Shown one piece after another: positions 1-9,098 of a stretch of 64,000 nucleotides of DNA (its first letter is position 1; every line of letters begins with the position of its first letter). The translations under genes and the position numbers were made by a program. Origin of the DNA: Clostridia bacterium (GTDB taxonomy: Bacteria > Bacillota > Clostridia > Oscillospirales > CAG-272); assembly GCA_017467085.1 (NCBI GenBank), contig JAFTSW010000072.1:26753-90752 (forward strand), given 5' to 3'. The notes under the pieces are model-generated. The model saw nothing but the letters and a program-made list of their open reading frames with translations. It was not told the DNA's origin and ran no database searches.

Positions 1-2498
1 ACGGCGTCCTCGGATATCTTGGTGTTTAGACGCAGGGGCGGGTTGGCGGCGTGGAACAGCTCCGACAGACGCACCCGCATGGCTGCCTTCTGCTCGTCCT
101 CGGAGAGCAGCGCGCCGCCCTCGCTTCTGGTGGACAGCTCTAAGGCAGAGAGAACGTTGCCGGGCAACAGCTGGCTAACGGCGCTGCTGTTTTCCAGCAT
201 ACGGAAGTGGTCGTTCTCCATCTCTGTGAGCAGCTGGCGGAAGAAGGCGCCGGGCTTGCCGGGATGAGGCTGACCGAAATAGGTCGCCTCGGCATCCTCC
301 AAGGCGAAGGAAAGAATAGCCTCGCCTGCCTTCTGGTCACGCAGGGTCTTGGTGCGGAGATTTTCAAAGGCGGTGGTACGGGAAACCTCGGCGTAAAGCG
401 CCTCCTTTTCCTCGTAGGACGCCAGAATGGTGTGGGTATTGCGGTTACGGGCGGCGCTGTTACGGGCGGCGTCCTCGGTTGCCGTTCCATACCGATGGGC
501 GGCATCGCTCCACTCGGTGAAGAGGCGGCGGTAGGAGGACAGCAGGGCGTCAAGCTTTGCCTCGGTGGTGCGGTAAACGCACAGGCACAGCTTGTCAACC
601 GCCTTTCTCTGAACGGCGGCAAACGCCGCTTCAAAGTCTGCTATCAACAGCTCGGCGTCCGCCAATACGTCCGTTCTTGCCTTGATATAGGCTTCCGACA
701 GGGGAGCAAACGCCTCCATACGGCTCTTGCCCTTGGTCAGACGGGCGTAGGCGCTTCTTCTTTCCGTTTTGGAGGCGGAGGGGAGAGAATCGCCGTACAG
801 CTCCTCCAAGAAGGATTTTTCCTCCTCGGCGGCAGGCGCCTTTTCGGTAGCATCCTCCTTCAACGCGCGGCGAAGCGCATCCTGTAGGAAGGAAAGCCGC
901 AGGGGGGCTGCCAGGGGGTGCAACGCCTTGCCCTCCTCGTCACGGAAGAGAGCGGCGGAAAGCGCCGCGCCCCGTCCCTCGGTGGCGGCGTTAAAGCCAA
1001 ACGCCTGGGCAGAAAGGCTCTTTTGCACAAAGGGAATTTCATCGCGGCAGTCCTCCTCGTAGGCGGCAAGGGCTGCGCGCAGCTTCTTATATACGGAAAG
1101 GAAGGTATATCTGGCACGGCGCCGCATAGAGAAGGAGGGGGGCGTTTCGGGCAGCTTGTCGGTCAGCTCCTTGAAGGACTCACGGTAGCCGGGCAACGCC
1201 CTGGCGGCTGCCTCCCTGACGCTTTCCAAATACTTGTCGCTGACCGTTTTGCGGGCGCGGAAGGAGTCGCTCCTTTGGGGCGCGTTGGCAAGCCATTCCT
1301 CACGCAGGAAGGAGAGGGGGCCGTCCGCATTGTCGGCGGCGTCACGGAATGCCTGTATATACAAATGAGAGAAATCACTTCTTCCACCGTCTGCCTCAGC
1401 GGCGTCAGAGAGGAAGGAGAGCCATTCCTTTTGCAGGTCTGCCGTCTTCTTTTGCGCAACGGCGCGAAGCAGCTGGTCCCTGGGATAGGAAAGCTTGGCG
1501 GCGGACAGAGCCGCGTAAACGGCGCCTGCGCCGTGTGCCAGCGAGCGCTGGGTATCGGCGTTAGCGGTGATATGGTCAAACATATTCTCCGCCTTGGTGC
1601 AGGTCAGGGTATAGAGAGAGTCTGCCAGCGCCTCCTCGTGCTCGGCAACGGTGCGGACGCCCGCAATGCGGTCCAACAGATACACCGTGCGGAAGGGCAT
1701 AGAGGCGGCTTTCTGGAACTTCTCCTCCGAGGCGTCAAAGAGGACGCCCGAAATTTCCTCGGGGTTGGGCGATTCCAAGCGGAAAATAGCGGGGTCGTTC
1801 TTCTTCTCCTTGTCCTTGGCGCGACGGGAGGGGGTCTTGCCGTTGTAGCCGTGGGCAACCAGGTTGATGGCGTTCAGCTCACGCAAGGCGGCATAGGCAT
1901 TGGCAAAATAACGGGTGGCGTTATCCGCGTCCGCGCTGTCGGCATAAATGTCGGGACAGGAGAGCATCGCATAAAAGCGAGGGCCGCTGGAGAAGTGGAA
2001 CTTGGTCAGATACCGCTTGGTATAGAGGGCTAAGGGCAAAAGCATACCCGCGCCCGTACCGCCTGCCAGGGAGGCGATAAAATAAACCTCGTAGCCCTTG
2101 GCAAAGGGGAAGGCGGCAAAGCGCTCCAGCTCATTGTGGAAAAGCTCGGCACTGCGCCTGTCGTTCAGCATATTGTGTAAGCAAAGCAGCGCCTTTTTAC
2201 GCCAGGCGGCGGAGCCGCGGTGCAAATCCTCCTCCCGCAGGTCCTCGTTCTTTACGGGGAACCAGGTGGAAAGGCGGCTATGCCCCAGTCTGTCGCAAAC
2301 GGTACCGACGGTGGCGGAGTCCGTGGCGTCAAGCACCAGTCCGCCGCGTGCCGAGGAAATCTGCTCGGCGTCCGTGTCGAATATCAAGGCGGCAATGCGG
2401 TTGTCCGTCTGCTTGCCGTATTCTTTTATCTTACGTTGCAGAAGCTCAGCGGTATGGGCACCTGTGCCACCGATACCGATGAGAAGAATATTCTTCAT
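1..2498 (-). CDS. Tubulin/FtsZ-like GTPase domain protein, very large (>=832 aa in window; 3' end lies beyond window start)
   Basis: Not in the supplied ORF track because it is open at the window edge. My minus-strand translation from ATG 2498 (AAAGGA SD upstream) stays open to position 3. It reads MKNILLIGIGGTGAHTAELL..AALIFDTDAEQISS..YFIASLAGGTGAGMLLPLA. These are a G-rich T1-like loop, an FtsZ-like (N)TDAxQ motif and a tubulin/FtsZ signature-like GGTGAG. The remaining >500 aa are Ala/Glu/Arg/Leu-rich. The plus-strand ORFs here look like antisense shadows. Confidence 0.8.
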   Translation of the reverse strand, partial: MKNILLIGIGGTGAHTAELLQRKIKEYGKQTDNRIAALIFDTDAEQISSARGGLVLDATDSATVGTVCDRLGHSRLSTWFPVKNEDLREEDLHRGSAAWRKKALLCLHNMLNDRRSAELFHNELERFAAFPFAKGYEVYFIASLAGGTGAGMLLPLALYTKRYLTKFHFSSGPRFYAMLSCPDIYADSADADNATRYFANAYAALRELNAINLVAHGYNGKTPSRRAKDKEKKNDPAIFRLESPNPEEISGVLFDASEEKFQKAASMPFRTVYLLDRIAGVRTVAEHEEALADSLYTLTCTKAENMFDHITANADTQRSLAHGAGAVYAALSAAKLSYPRDQLLRAVAQKKTADLQKEWLSFLSDAAEADGGRSDFSHLYIQAFRDAADNADGPLSFLREEWLANAPQRSDSFRARKTVSDKYLESVREAAARALPGYRESFKELTDKLPETPPSFSMRRRARYTFLSVYKKLRAALAAYEEDCRDEIPFVQKSLSAQAFGFNAATEGRGAALSAALFRDEEGKALHPLAAPLRLSFLQDALRRALKEDATEKAPAAEEEKSFLEELYGDSLPSASKTERRSAYARLTKGKSRMEAFAPLSEAYIKARTDVLADAELLIADFEAAFAAVQRKAVDKLCLCVYRTTEAKLDALLSSYRRLFTEWSDAAHRYGTATEDAARNSAARNRNTHTILASYEEKEALYAEVSRTTAFENLRTKTLRDQKAGEAILSFALEDAEATYFGQPHPGKPGAFFRQLLTEMENDHFRMLENSSAVSQLLPGNVLSALELSTRSEGGALLSEDEQKAAMRVRLSELFHAANPPLRLNTKISEDA

Positions 2499-2616
2499 TG
2501 CCTGCGTCCTTTCATAAAATAGAATGAGAGAATAGTAGAGTCAAAGAGGGAAGGCCTCTTTTTGGGGGAGCGGGTCGGGCGCCACGCTTTGTTGACGCCC
2601 GACGGCAAGCGCTGCC

Positions 2617-5600
2617 TTAATCCAACAGGAATACCAGACGGCAAACGATGCTCGTGCCCTGTCTTTGCACCTGGCTGCCCGAGCAGACACAGATGGGGGC
2701 TGCCAAGGTACCCAAGGGCGCCTGGCGAATGGTGGTATCCGTGTGGTCGCCCGTCAGCTCGTGACGGAGCGAATAGGTGGTTTTCTGGGTTTTGGCGTTA
2801 AAGCTGGAGCTCTTCATCAGCATAGCGGGCAGCTCCGTCAGCGCCAAATCGTTGGCAGAGTCAGAGCAATCCCAGGTTTGCAGATGGTCCGTGCCCGCAA
2901 TCAGCGCCAGGGAGGCGGAGCCAAAGGTGCCCTCCGCAATCAGCATAGACTTGATGCCGAACACGGTTACCTGGCGCGTTTGCGCCTTGGTCAGCTTCCA
3001 GGGAAGCAGACGCTGGAGCATCACCTTTTCGGTGAACTTGGTTCCGATTTTGATGGGGTTGCCCTTGCGGGTCGCGGTGACAACGCGGTTAATGGCGTCA
3101 ATATTGAACTCAACCGCCAGAAGGGTTTTCTGGCCAAGGCGAGGCACGCTCTTGTAGGTGACAACCAGGGCAATCGCGTAAATAATCACGTAAAGCGTCA
3201 GAAGGATAATGAAAATACGCAAGAGGTACTGCAGCAGCAGAAGGAAGCTGAAGCCGAGAACGGGGAACACACCCGTCTGGGTCACGTCACCCACCGACAG
3301 CACAACGGGCTTGTCGGCAGAGGAGAAGAACATAGAGGCGAAGAAGGAGCCGAAGCTACCCATCGTTACCGCAGGCTTGCAGACCACCTGGGCAACGCCG
3401 TTTTTCTCCTCCACGGAGACGGAGAGGGCGGCAATGCCCGAAAGGGTAGGAGCGGAAACGGAAATCTCGCCGCTCTCTAAGGCCGCCTCCAGCGCCGCCT
3501 TGGTCATCGGGGCGCCGTCACGGACTACGGTAAACGAAACCGTAGCGCCGCTCTTGGTAATATGGAAGCGGTCAATGGGGCTTCCCGACTCCTTGGCGGT
3601 CACCTCGTACGCCGTCTTTAATAATATAAAGGAAGCGTTTGCCGCGGCACTGACGGAGGGCTTGTTCTTCAACGCCACGTTAGCCGTCAGCAAATAGGTA
3701 TCGGGGGTCTTTGCCATATCCGCCAGAATATCGGCGGTGGGCACGAAGAGAAGCTTGCCGTCCGCAACGGTTGTGTGCGCCGTTACGTCAAGGCTGCCCA
3801 GCTTCACGGTATAGGTTAAGTAGGAGGGGTCAAAGGGAAGCGCCTCGGCACCCTCAGCGAGAGAGAAGGCGAAGCCCTTTTGGTTGGTAAACAGCTCGTA
3901 TTGCTGCATAGAAAGGGAGGTGTTATCCACCGAGAGGGAAATGCTCTGGGGATAATGGGACAAAACCTCCTTGCCCTCGCGGACGTACCCGTCGGGGGAT
4001 ACGATGCGAAGGGAAACGGTATAATCGCCGTAATCCAGGCTGCCGCAGTTAAAGAGAACGTGAATTTTTCCGTTCTGGGTGGTTTTCTGGATGTACTGGC
4101 TGGCAACGGGGTTGCCCGCGCCGTCAATCAGGGTGACGGTATAGGAATAGGTGGCAAGACCCGATTCGGTCAGCGCCACGTTGTTGGCAAATACGGTAAA
4201 GACAGCCTCAATGCTCTTGGTGGAGCCGCTGCCGATAACCTTCTGGGCGGATTCCACACGGTAGAAGGAGGGGTTGGCTTCAATCAGACAGGGAATGGTC
4301 TGGCGCATGGTGTAGGCGCCGTCCATCATAGAAACCAGAACGCCTATCTCGTTTTTACCCACCTTCAGGGGGATTTGCTGCTTGTCGGTGTAGCTACCGC
4401 CCGCATAGGTCACACGGACGAAGTCAACGGCGAAGGCACCCGCAGGGTCAACCACACGGCCGCTGCCCTCCTCCACAATGCGATAATCCACGGCAATCTT
4501 GTTGCCTGCGGACAGGTGACTGTTGACGTACTGGGAGTCGGTTTCCACCAGCGCGCCCCCGTTGTCCACGTAATAGAGAATGGGCTCAATCCGAAGAGCG
4601 GGCTCCATCAGAAGCACCAACTCTTCCCCTACCTCCTCGGTAAATTCCAGCACCACCTCGCCGCCCGAGAGGAACGCCTCTGCCGCTAAGACGGCGGAGT
4701 AGCCGCTCTTCATACCCAACGCCCCGTCGGGGACGATACGGGTGACACGGGAGAGGGACATAGGAGAGCCGTTGTAGCTGGCGCTCTTTAAGGTGGCGTC
4801 GGTGTTCTGCAGCATCACCGACAGGTTACGCAGGGCGAAGCCGCAAACGGACAAATCCACGGTAACGGTCTTGCCCGAAACGGTATATTCAGCCGCCGTT
4901 GCGGAATAGCGGCCCGAAATGCGGTTGGCAATATCCTCTACGGCGGAAAGCATCTCAGAGGGTTGGGAAACGTTGTACGCCGAGAAGGAGGAGGAATTTT
5001 TCAAAACGGGGTTCTGGGTGTTGGTTAAGTCCACTACGTCGCCTGTACCCACGCTGAAATACACCACGTTGAGGTTGGCGTAGCCCTCGGCAACCGTGCC
5101 CTCTACCAGGGTTTCGGTAGGGGTGCCGTCAAAGGCACCGTCGGACAGGATAAAGAACCAATATTCGCGGTCAATGTCCTCGGAGGCGCCGTCCACCTTC
5201 TTCATTCCGTTGGCAAGCAGCACGTCAACACCCTTTTTGTAATTGGTGGAGCTGGTGCCGCCCGAGGGGTTGTCGGGCAGGGAATCCTGGACGATGTCCT
5301 GGATAACGCCGTTTCTGTCGGGGTTGGCAAGGTCTACGGAAATGGCGGATTTGTTCAAGGGGGTAATCCACAGCTTATCCTGCTCGTTCAAGAGCGCCAT
5401 TAACATCTGCATAGCGTAAACGGCGTACTCCCAACGGTTGTCGGTGGTCATAGAGCCCGAGTCGTCAAGCAAAACGGACACGTATTTTTCGGTATAGCTT
5501 TCCGAGGTCTGCGCCGCTTGCACGGAGGCACCGCCGCCGCCAAGGGGAACAAAAAGCGCAAAGCAGAAGACCAGAGCAAGCGCCAAAGCCAGAAGCCGCA

Positions 5601-5634
5601 AAGAGGTCTTATGCGAGGCAGTAGATTGATACAT
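2617..5634 (-). CDS. Membrane-anchored von Willebrand factor A (vWA/MIDAS) domain protein, 1005 aa
   Basis: N-terminal signal/anchor LRLLALALALVFCFALFVPLGG. MIDAS elements VSVLLDDSGSM, GGTSST and ILSDGAFDG. Long beta-rich middle region. Hydrophobic segment FSFLLLLQYLLRIFIILLTLYVIIYAIALVV, followed by a tail of about 190 aa. GAGAAAGGA SD precedes the ATG. Confidence 0.85.
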   Translation of the reverse strand: MYQSTASHKTSLRLLALALALVFCFALFVPLGGGGASVQAAQTSESYTEKYVSVLLDDSGSMTTDNRWEYAVYAMQMLMALLNEQDKLWITPLNKSAISVDLANPDRNGVIQDIVQDSLPDNPSGGTSSTNYKKGVDVLLANGMKKVDGASEDIDREYWFFILSDGAFDGTPTETLVEGTVAEGYANLNVVYFSVGTGDVVDLTNTQNPVLKNSSSFSAYNVSQPSEMLSAVEDIANRISGRYSATAAEYTVSGKTVTVDLSVCGFALRNLSVMLQNTDATLKSASYNGSPMSLSRVTRIVPDGALGMKSGYSAVLAAEAFLSGGEVVLEFTEEVGEELVLLMEPALRIEPILYYVDNGGALVETDSQYVNSHLSAGNKIAVDYRIVEEGSGRVVDPAGAFAVDFVRVTYAGGSYTDKQQIPLKVGKNEIGVLVSMMDGAYTMRQTIPCLIEANPSFYRVESAQKVIGSGSTKSIEAVFTVFANNVALTESGLATYSYTVTLIDGAGNPVASQYIQKTTQNGKIHVLFNCGSLDYGDYTVSLRIVSPDGYVREGKEVLSHYPQSISLSVDNTSLSMQQYELFTNQKGFAFSLAEGAEALPFDPSYLTYTVKLGSLDVTAHTTVADGKLLFVPTADILADMAKTPDTYLLTANVALKNKPSVSAAANASFILLKTAYEVTAKESGSPIDRFHITKSGATVSFTVVRDGAPMTKAALEAALESGEISVSAPTLSGIAALSVSVEEKNGVAQVVCKPAVTMGSFGSFFASMFFSSADKPVVLSVGDVTQTGVFPVLGFSFLLLLQYLLRIFIILLTLYVIIYAIALVVTYKSVPRLGQKTLLAVEFNIDAINRVVTATRKGNPIKIGTKFTEKVMLQRLLPWKLTKAQTRQVTVFGIKSMLIAEGTFGSASLALIAGTDHLQTWDCSDSANDLALTELPAMLMKSSSFNAKTQKTTYSLRHELTGDHTDTTIRQAPLGTLAAPICVCSGSQVQRQGTSIVCRLVFLLD

Positions 5635-5800
5635 AGCAGAAATCCTTTCTCGATGCAGGATGAAAGTCGTTTTTGCGATAGGGGCGCGCCACCTTGCCCT
5701 TGGTAGGAAGGGGCAGAGGCGCGGGAGCGCCTTCTTTTTCCTTGCGCCGCACCGCCCTTATACGGGTGCGCGCAGGCGCTGGGGATATTTATACAAGGCT

Positions 5801-5829
5801 ATTATACTATTAAACTTTAGGAATTGCAA
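5801..5829 (-). promoter_or_regulatory. Sigma70-like promoter for the vWA/tubulin-like operon
   Basis: Minus strand reads TTGCAA (5829-5824), 17-nt spacer, TATAAT (5806-5801). About 160 nt upstream of the vWA ATG. Confidence 0.55.
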
Positions 5830-6076
5830 CAGTTTTTTTGAATTTTCTTGTTGTTTTTTCTGAAAATATCTGCATAAATAGCCAAAAAAATCAAGAAAAA
5901 CCGTTTTTTTACAAATCCGCACCCGTAAAAGGAGAAAAGAGAGGGTGGGCAAAATGCAAAAAATTCACAAAAAATTAACACTTTTTCGGGGCGTTCGGGG
6001 AGCAAAGTGGGAAAGGAGGAAGGGAGAGTGGAGGGAAAGGGGCGGAAAAAGGCGAAAAGAAAATAGCCGAAGGCGG

Positions 6077-6106
6077 TTGACAGAGGAAAGAAAAATATGG
6101 TAATAT
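6077..6106 (+). promoter_or_regulatory. Sigma70-like promoter for the GH3 gene
   Basis: TTGACA (6077-6082), 18-nt spacer, TAATAT (6101-6106). Leaves a leader of about 150 nt before ATG 6262. Confidence 0.45.
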
Positions 6107-6261
6107 AGGAGTGACAACGGAAAAATCCGTTCCTTGGTTTTACGGTGCGAAAAACACGGTATGCTTCGCCAAAAAGCCTTGCCGTATGGCAGCAAGACGC
6201 GAGGGCGCGCCGAAGGACAGAATAACGAAACGGGGCGTGCCTCGGGAAAGGGAAAGCGAAT

Positions 6262-9018
6262 ATGACGGAAGCCGATAAGAGAAGCGAGATGGCGCTCTCT
6301 GCCGAGGACGCCCAAAAAATAGAGACGCTGCTTCTTGCCCTGACCCCTGCCGAGAAGGCGGCGCTGGTGACGGGAACCGAATTTATGTGCACCAACCCCG
6401 TGCCCCGTCTGGGCATTCCCGCCTTGCGTATGGCAGACGGACCCCACGGGCTTCGCAAGCAGGAGGGCAAGCAGAACAACGGAACGGGGGGCAGCATCCC
6501 TGCCACGGTGTTTCCCACCGCCGTGACGGTGGCGGCAGGCTTTCGCCCCGAGAACGCCCGCCGCCTGGGAGAAGCCCTTGCCGATGAGTGCCGCGCCTTG
6601 GGGGTGCATCTTTTGCTGGGCCCCGGTGCCAACATCAAGCGCAACCCCCGTTGCGGCCGCAATTTTGAATATTATTCCGAGGACCCCCTTCTTGCCGCCG
6701 AGATGGCGGCAGGGGAGATACGGGGTCTGCAATCCCACGGTGTGGGGGCGGTGGTGAAGCATTTTGCCGCCAACAACAGCGAGAATTTCCGTATTTTTGG
6801 GGATAGCGTGTTGAGTGAGCGGGCGCTTCACGAGATATATCTTGCCGTTTTCCGTGGGATTTTGGAAAAGGCGTCCCCCGTTTCGGTGATGTGCTCCTAC
6901 AACCGTGTACGGGGAGAGTACGTATCCGAGAGCGGTGCGCTTTTGGGTATTCTGAAGGATGCCTGGGGCTATGAGGGAATGGTGATGACCGACTGGGGCG
7001 CCACCCACAATAGACCCCAAGGTCTTGTCGCCGGGGTGGATTTGGAGATGCCGGGGGACAACCTGCATAGCCGACACGCCCTGCTTGCCGCCCTGGCGGC
7101 AGAGGCAGAAGCCAAGGCAAGCGAAGGAAAGGCGGCGAGCGCCCAAGAAAACGGGGTGACGCAAGCCGCTGAGAATGAAGAAAAGACGGCAGCCGAAGGT
7201 TCTGAAACGGACGCCCAAGAAAACGGGGTGGAGCAAGCTGCTGAGAATGAAGAAAAGACGGCAGCCGCAAGTCCTGAAACGGACGCCCAAGAAAACGGGG
7301 TGACGCAAGCCGCGAAGGACAAAGAAAGGACGGAGAGCGCCGACAGCGTAGGGGAAGCCTTAAACGAGGCTGTGCGGCGCGTGCTACGCACCGTATACCG
7401 TGTGCATCGCCACTATTCCCCCCTTGCCACCCTTGACGCCGAGGCGCATCACGCCCTTGCCGCCGATATTGCCGCGGACGCTGCGGTTCTCTTGAAAAAC
7501 GAGGGGATTTTCCCCTTGCGCGCGGGCAAGCGCCGCTTGGTGGTGGGCGAGCTGTTTACACGGCTTCGCTACCAGGGGGCAGGCAGCTCTATGGGAGCGC
7601 CCCTGCGGCTTTGTACCGTCAAGGAGGCGTATGACAAGAGAGAGGCCGACTACCGCTATGCTCTTGGCTATCGCTTAGACGAGGAAGAGGGGGACGGGGC
7701 GCTGGTGACAGAGGCGCTGGCGGCGGCAAAGGAGGTTGACGAAATTCTCTTTTTCGGGGGGCTTTCGGACAGCGCCGACAGCGAGAGCGCCGACAGACCC
7801 CATATTTCTCTGCGAGAAAATCAGCTGACCCTCCTTGACGCCCTGCTTGCCACGGGCAAGCCCGTGGGCGTGGTGCTGTACGGCGGCGGCGTGACGGAGC
7901 TGCCCTTCGCCCATAGGGCGGCAGGCATACTGCATATGCTTCTGCCCGGGCAAAACGGGGGCGAGGCAACCGCCCGACTGCTCTTTGGCGAGAGGAGCCC
8001 CGCAGGGCGACTGCCCGAAACCTTCGTCAGAAGGGAAGCGGATATTCCCTATAACGGGGATTTCGGTAAATACCCTGCCGAATGCTACCGTGAGGACGTG
8101 TACGTGGGCTATCGGTTTTACGCCCTGCACCCTGAGCGGGTGCTGTACCCCTTTGGTTACGGCCTTTCCTATACCGCCTTTGCGGCAGGGGACTTTTCCC
8201 TGTCGGTGGAGGGAGAGCGCGCCGTTGCCACCTATCGCCTGCGGAACGTGGGTGAGAGAAGGGGCGCGGAGGTGATGCAGCTTTACGTATTGCCCCCCAA
8301 GGACGGCGCCGTTCGGGCGCCCATTACGCTTGTGGCGTTTGAAAAGACCGACCTTGACCCCGGTGAGGAAGGGACGGTCACGCTATCCTTTCCCCTGTCC
8401 CGTCTTGCCGTATACGATAAGACCAAGGGGCGTTTGGTGATACCCCAAGGGGAATACACTCTGGTGTTTGGCAAAAACGCCCGTGACGCCTGGGCAAGCC
8501 TCCCCTTTTTCGTGGAGGGCGAGGTGTGTGCGGCAGAGGAGGAGCCCTTTGACGGCGTCTACCGAGAGGGACGCATAGAGGAGATTTCCCGCGAGGCGTT
8601 TTTAGAGGCATATCCGCATCACAGGGCAAAAACGGAAAAGGAATTTACCATTGATACCGCCCTGCCCGAGATGAAAAAGCGAGGGCTTGCGGGGCGACTG
8701 GTTTACGGTCTGATGTACCGCTTTATGACGGCGGACGGCAGGCGCGCCAAGCATATGAAAAGCTCCCCCGAAAAACGGAATATGGTCAAGGGAGCAGAGT
8801 TTGGCGCCAGGATTTTGGAAACGGCGACCTTGCGCTTTATTTCCACCTCCTCGGGTGGGCTTCTGCCCTACACCGCCGCCGTTGCCATAGCGCATCTGGT
8901 CAACGGGCGGGTGCTTGGCGCCCTTGGGGCGCTACTATGGCGCGAAAAGGCGCCGCCCCTGCCCGAAAGAAGCAGGAAGCGGCGGAAAAATCCGCCGCCC
9001 TCGGCGCCGTTACCCTGA
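6262..9018 (+). CDS. Glycoside hydrolase family 3 (beta-glucosidase/BglX-like), 918 aa, with internal acidic repeat insert and C-terminal extension
   Basis: Motifs LRMADGPHGLRKQ, GANIKRNPRCGRNFEYYSEDP, KHFAANNSE and MVMTDWGA. FnIII-like beta-sandwich region LYVLPPKDG..VTLSFPLSRLAVYD. No signal peptide. Confidence 0.9.
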   Translation: MTEADKRSEMALSAEDAQKIETLLLALTPAEKAALVTGTEFMCTNPVPRLGIPALRMADGPHGLRKQEGKQNNGTGGSIPATVFPTAVTVAAGFRPENARRLGEALADECRALGVHLLLGPGANIKRNPRCGRNFEYYSEDPLLAAEMAAGEIRGLQSHGVGAVVKHFAANNSENFRIFGDSVLSERALHEIYLAVFRGILEKASPVSVMCSYNRVRGEYVSESGALLGILKDAWGYEGMVMTDWGATHNRPQGLVAGVDLEMPGDNLHSRHALLAALAAEAEAKASEGKAASAQENGVTQAAENEEKTAAEGSETDAQENGVEQAAENEEKTAAASPETDAQENGVTQAAKDKERTESADSVGEALNEAVRRVLRTVYRVHRHYSPLATLDAEAHHALAADIAADAAVLLKNEGIFPLRAGKRRLVVGELFTRLRYQGAGSSMGAPLRLCTVKEAYDKREADYRYALGYRLDEEEGDGALVTEALAAAKEVDEILFFGGLSDSADSESADRPHISLRENQLTLLDALLATGKPVGVVLYGGGVTELPFAHRAAGILHMLLPGQNGGEATARLLFGERSPAGRLPETFVRREADIPYNGDFGKYPAECYREDVYVGYRFYALHPERVLYPFGYGLSYTAFAAGDFSLSVEGERAVATYRLRNVGERRGAEVMQLYVLPPKDGAVRAPITLVAFEKTDLDPGEEGTVTLSFPLSRLAVYDKTKGRLVIPQGEYTLVFGKNARDAWASLPFFVEGEVCAAEEEPFDGVYREGRIEEISREAFLEAYPHHRAKTEKEFTIDTALPEMKKRGLAGRLVYGLMYRFMTADGRRAKHMKSSPEKRNMVKGAEFGARILETATLRFISTSSGGLLPYTAAVAIAHLVNGRVLGALGALLWREKAPPLPERSRKRRKNPPPSAPLP
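7141..7320 (+). repeat. 72-bp in-frame tandem repeat, about 2.5 copies, inside the GH3 gene
   Basis: GCCCAAGAAAACGGGGTG recurs at 7141, 7213 and 7285. It encodes AQENGV(T/E)QAAENEEKTAA(E/A)(G/S)(S/P)ETD units. Confidence 0.9.
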
Positions 9019-9098
9019 TTTTGGTACTTAAAGAATTGTTTACATTTATCGATAAATGCTTAATTTTATGACGCAAATATGCGTGAAAGGAAAAGGCT

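Noticed and set aside
19-2522. Tracked ORFs in the first 2.5 kb: 207-887 +, 918-2033 +, 2098-2517 +, and several minus-strand ORFs in another frame.
   Set aside because: They are rich in Gly/Arg/Ala/Leu and low in complexity, with no motifs. They overlap the open-ended minus-strand frame, which gives a sensible tubulin/FtsZ-like protein. I treated them as shadow ORFs.
5990-6076. ~80-nt purine-rich (G/A) tract upstream of the GH3 promoter.
   Set aside because: It is only a compositional oddity. It is interrupted by several pyrimidines, so no perfect mirror repeat for H-DNA exists, and no function can be argued from sequence alone.
5817-7308. Minus-strand ORFs of 281 aa and 447 aa spanning the intergenic region and the 5' half of the GH3 gene.
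   Set aside because: They are antisense to a well-supported GH3 gene. The sequences are Arg/Pro/Leu-rich and repetitive only because they mirror the 72-bp repeat. There are no start signals.
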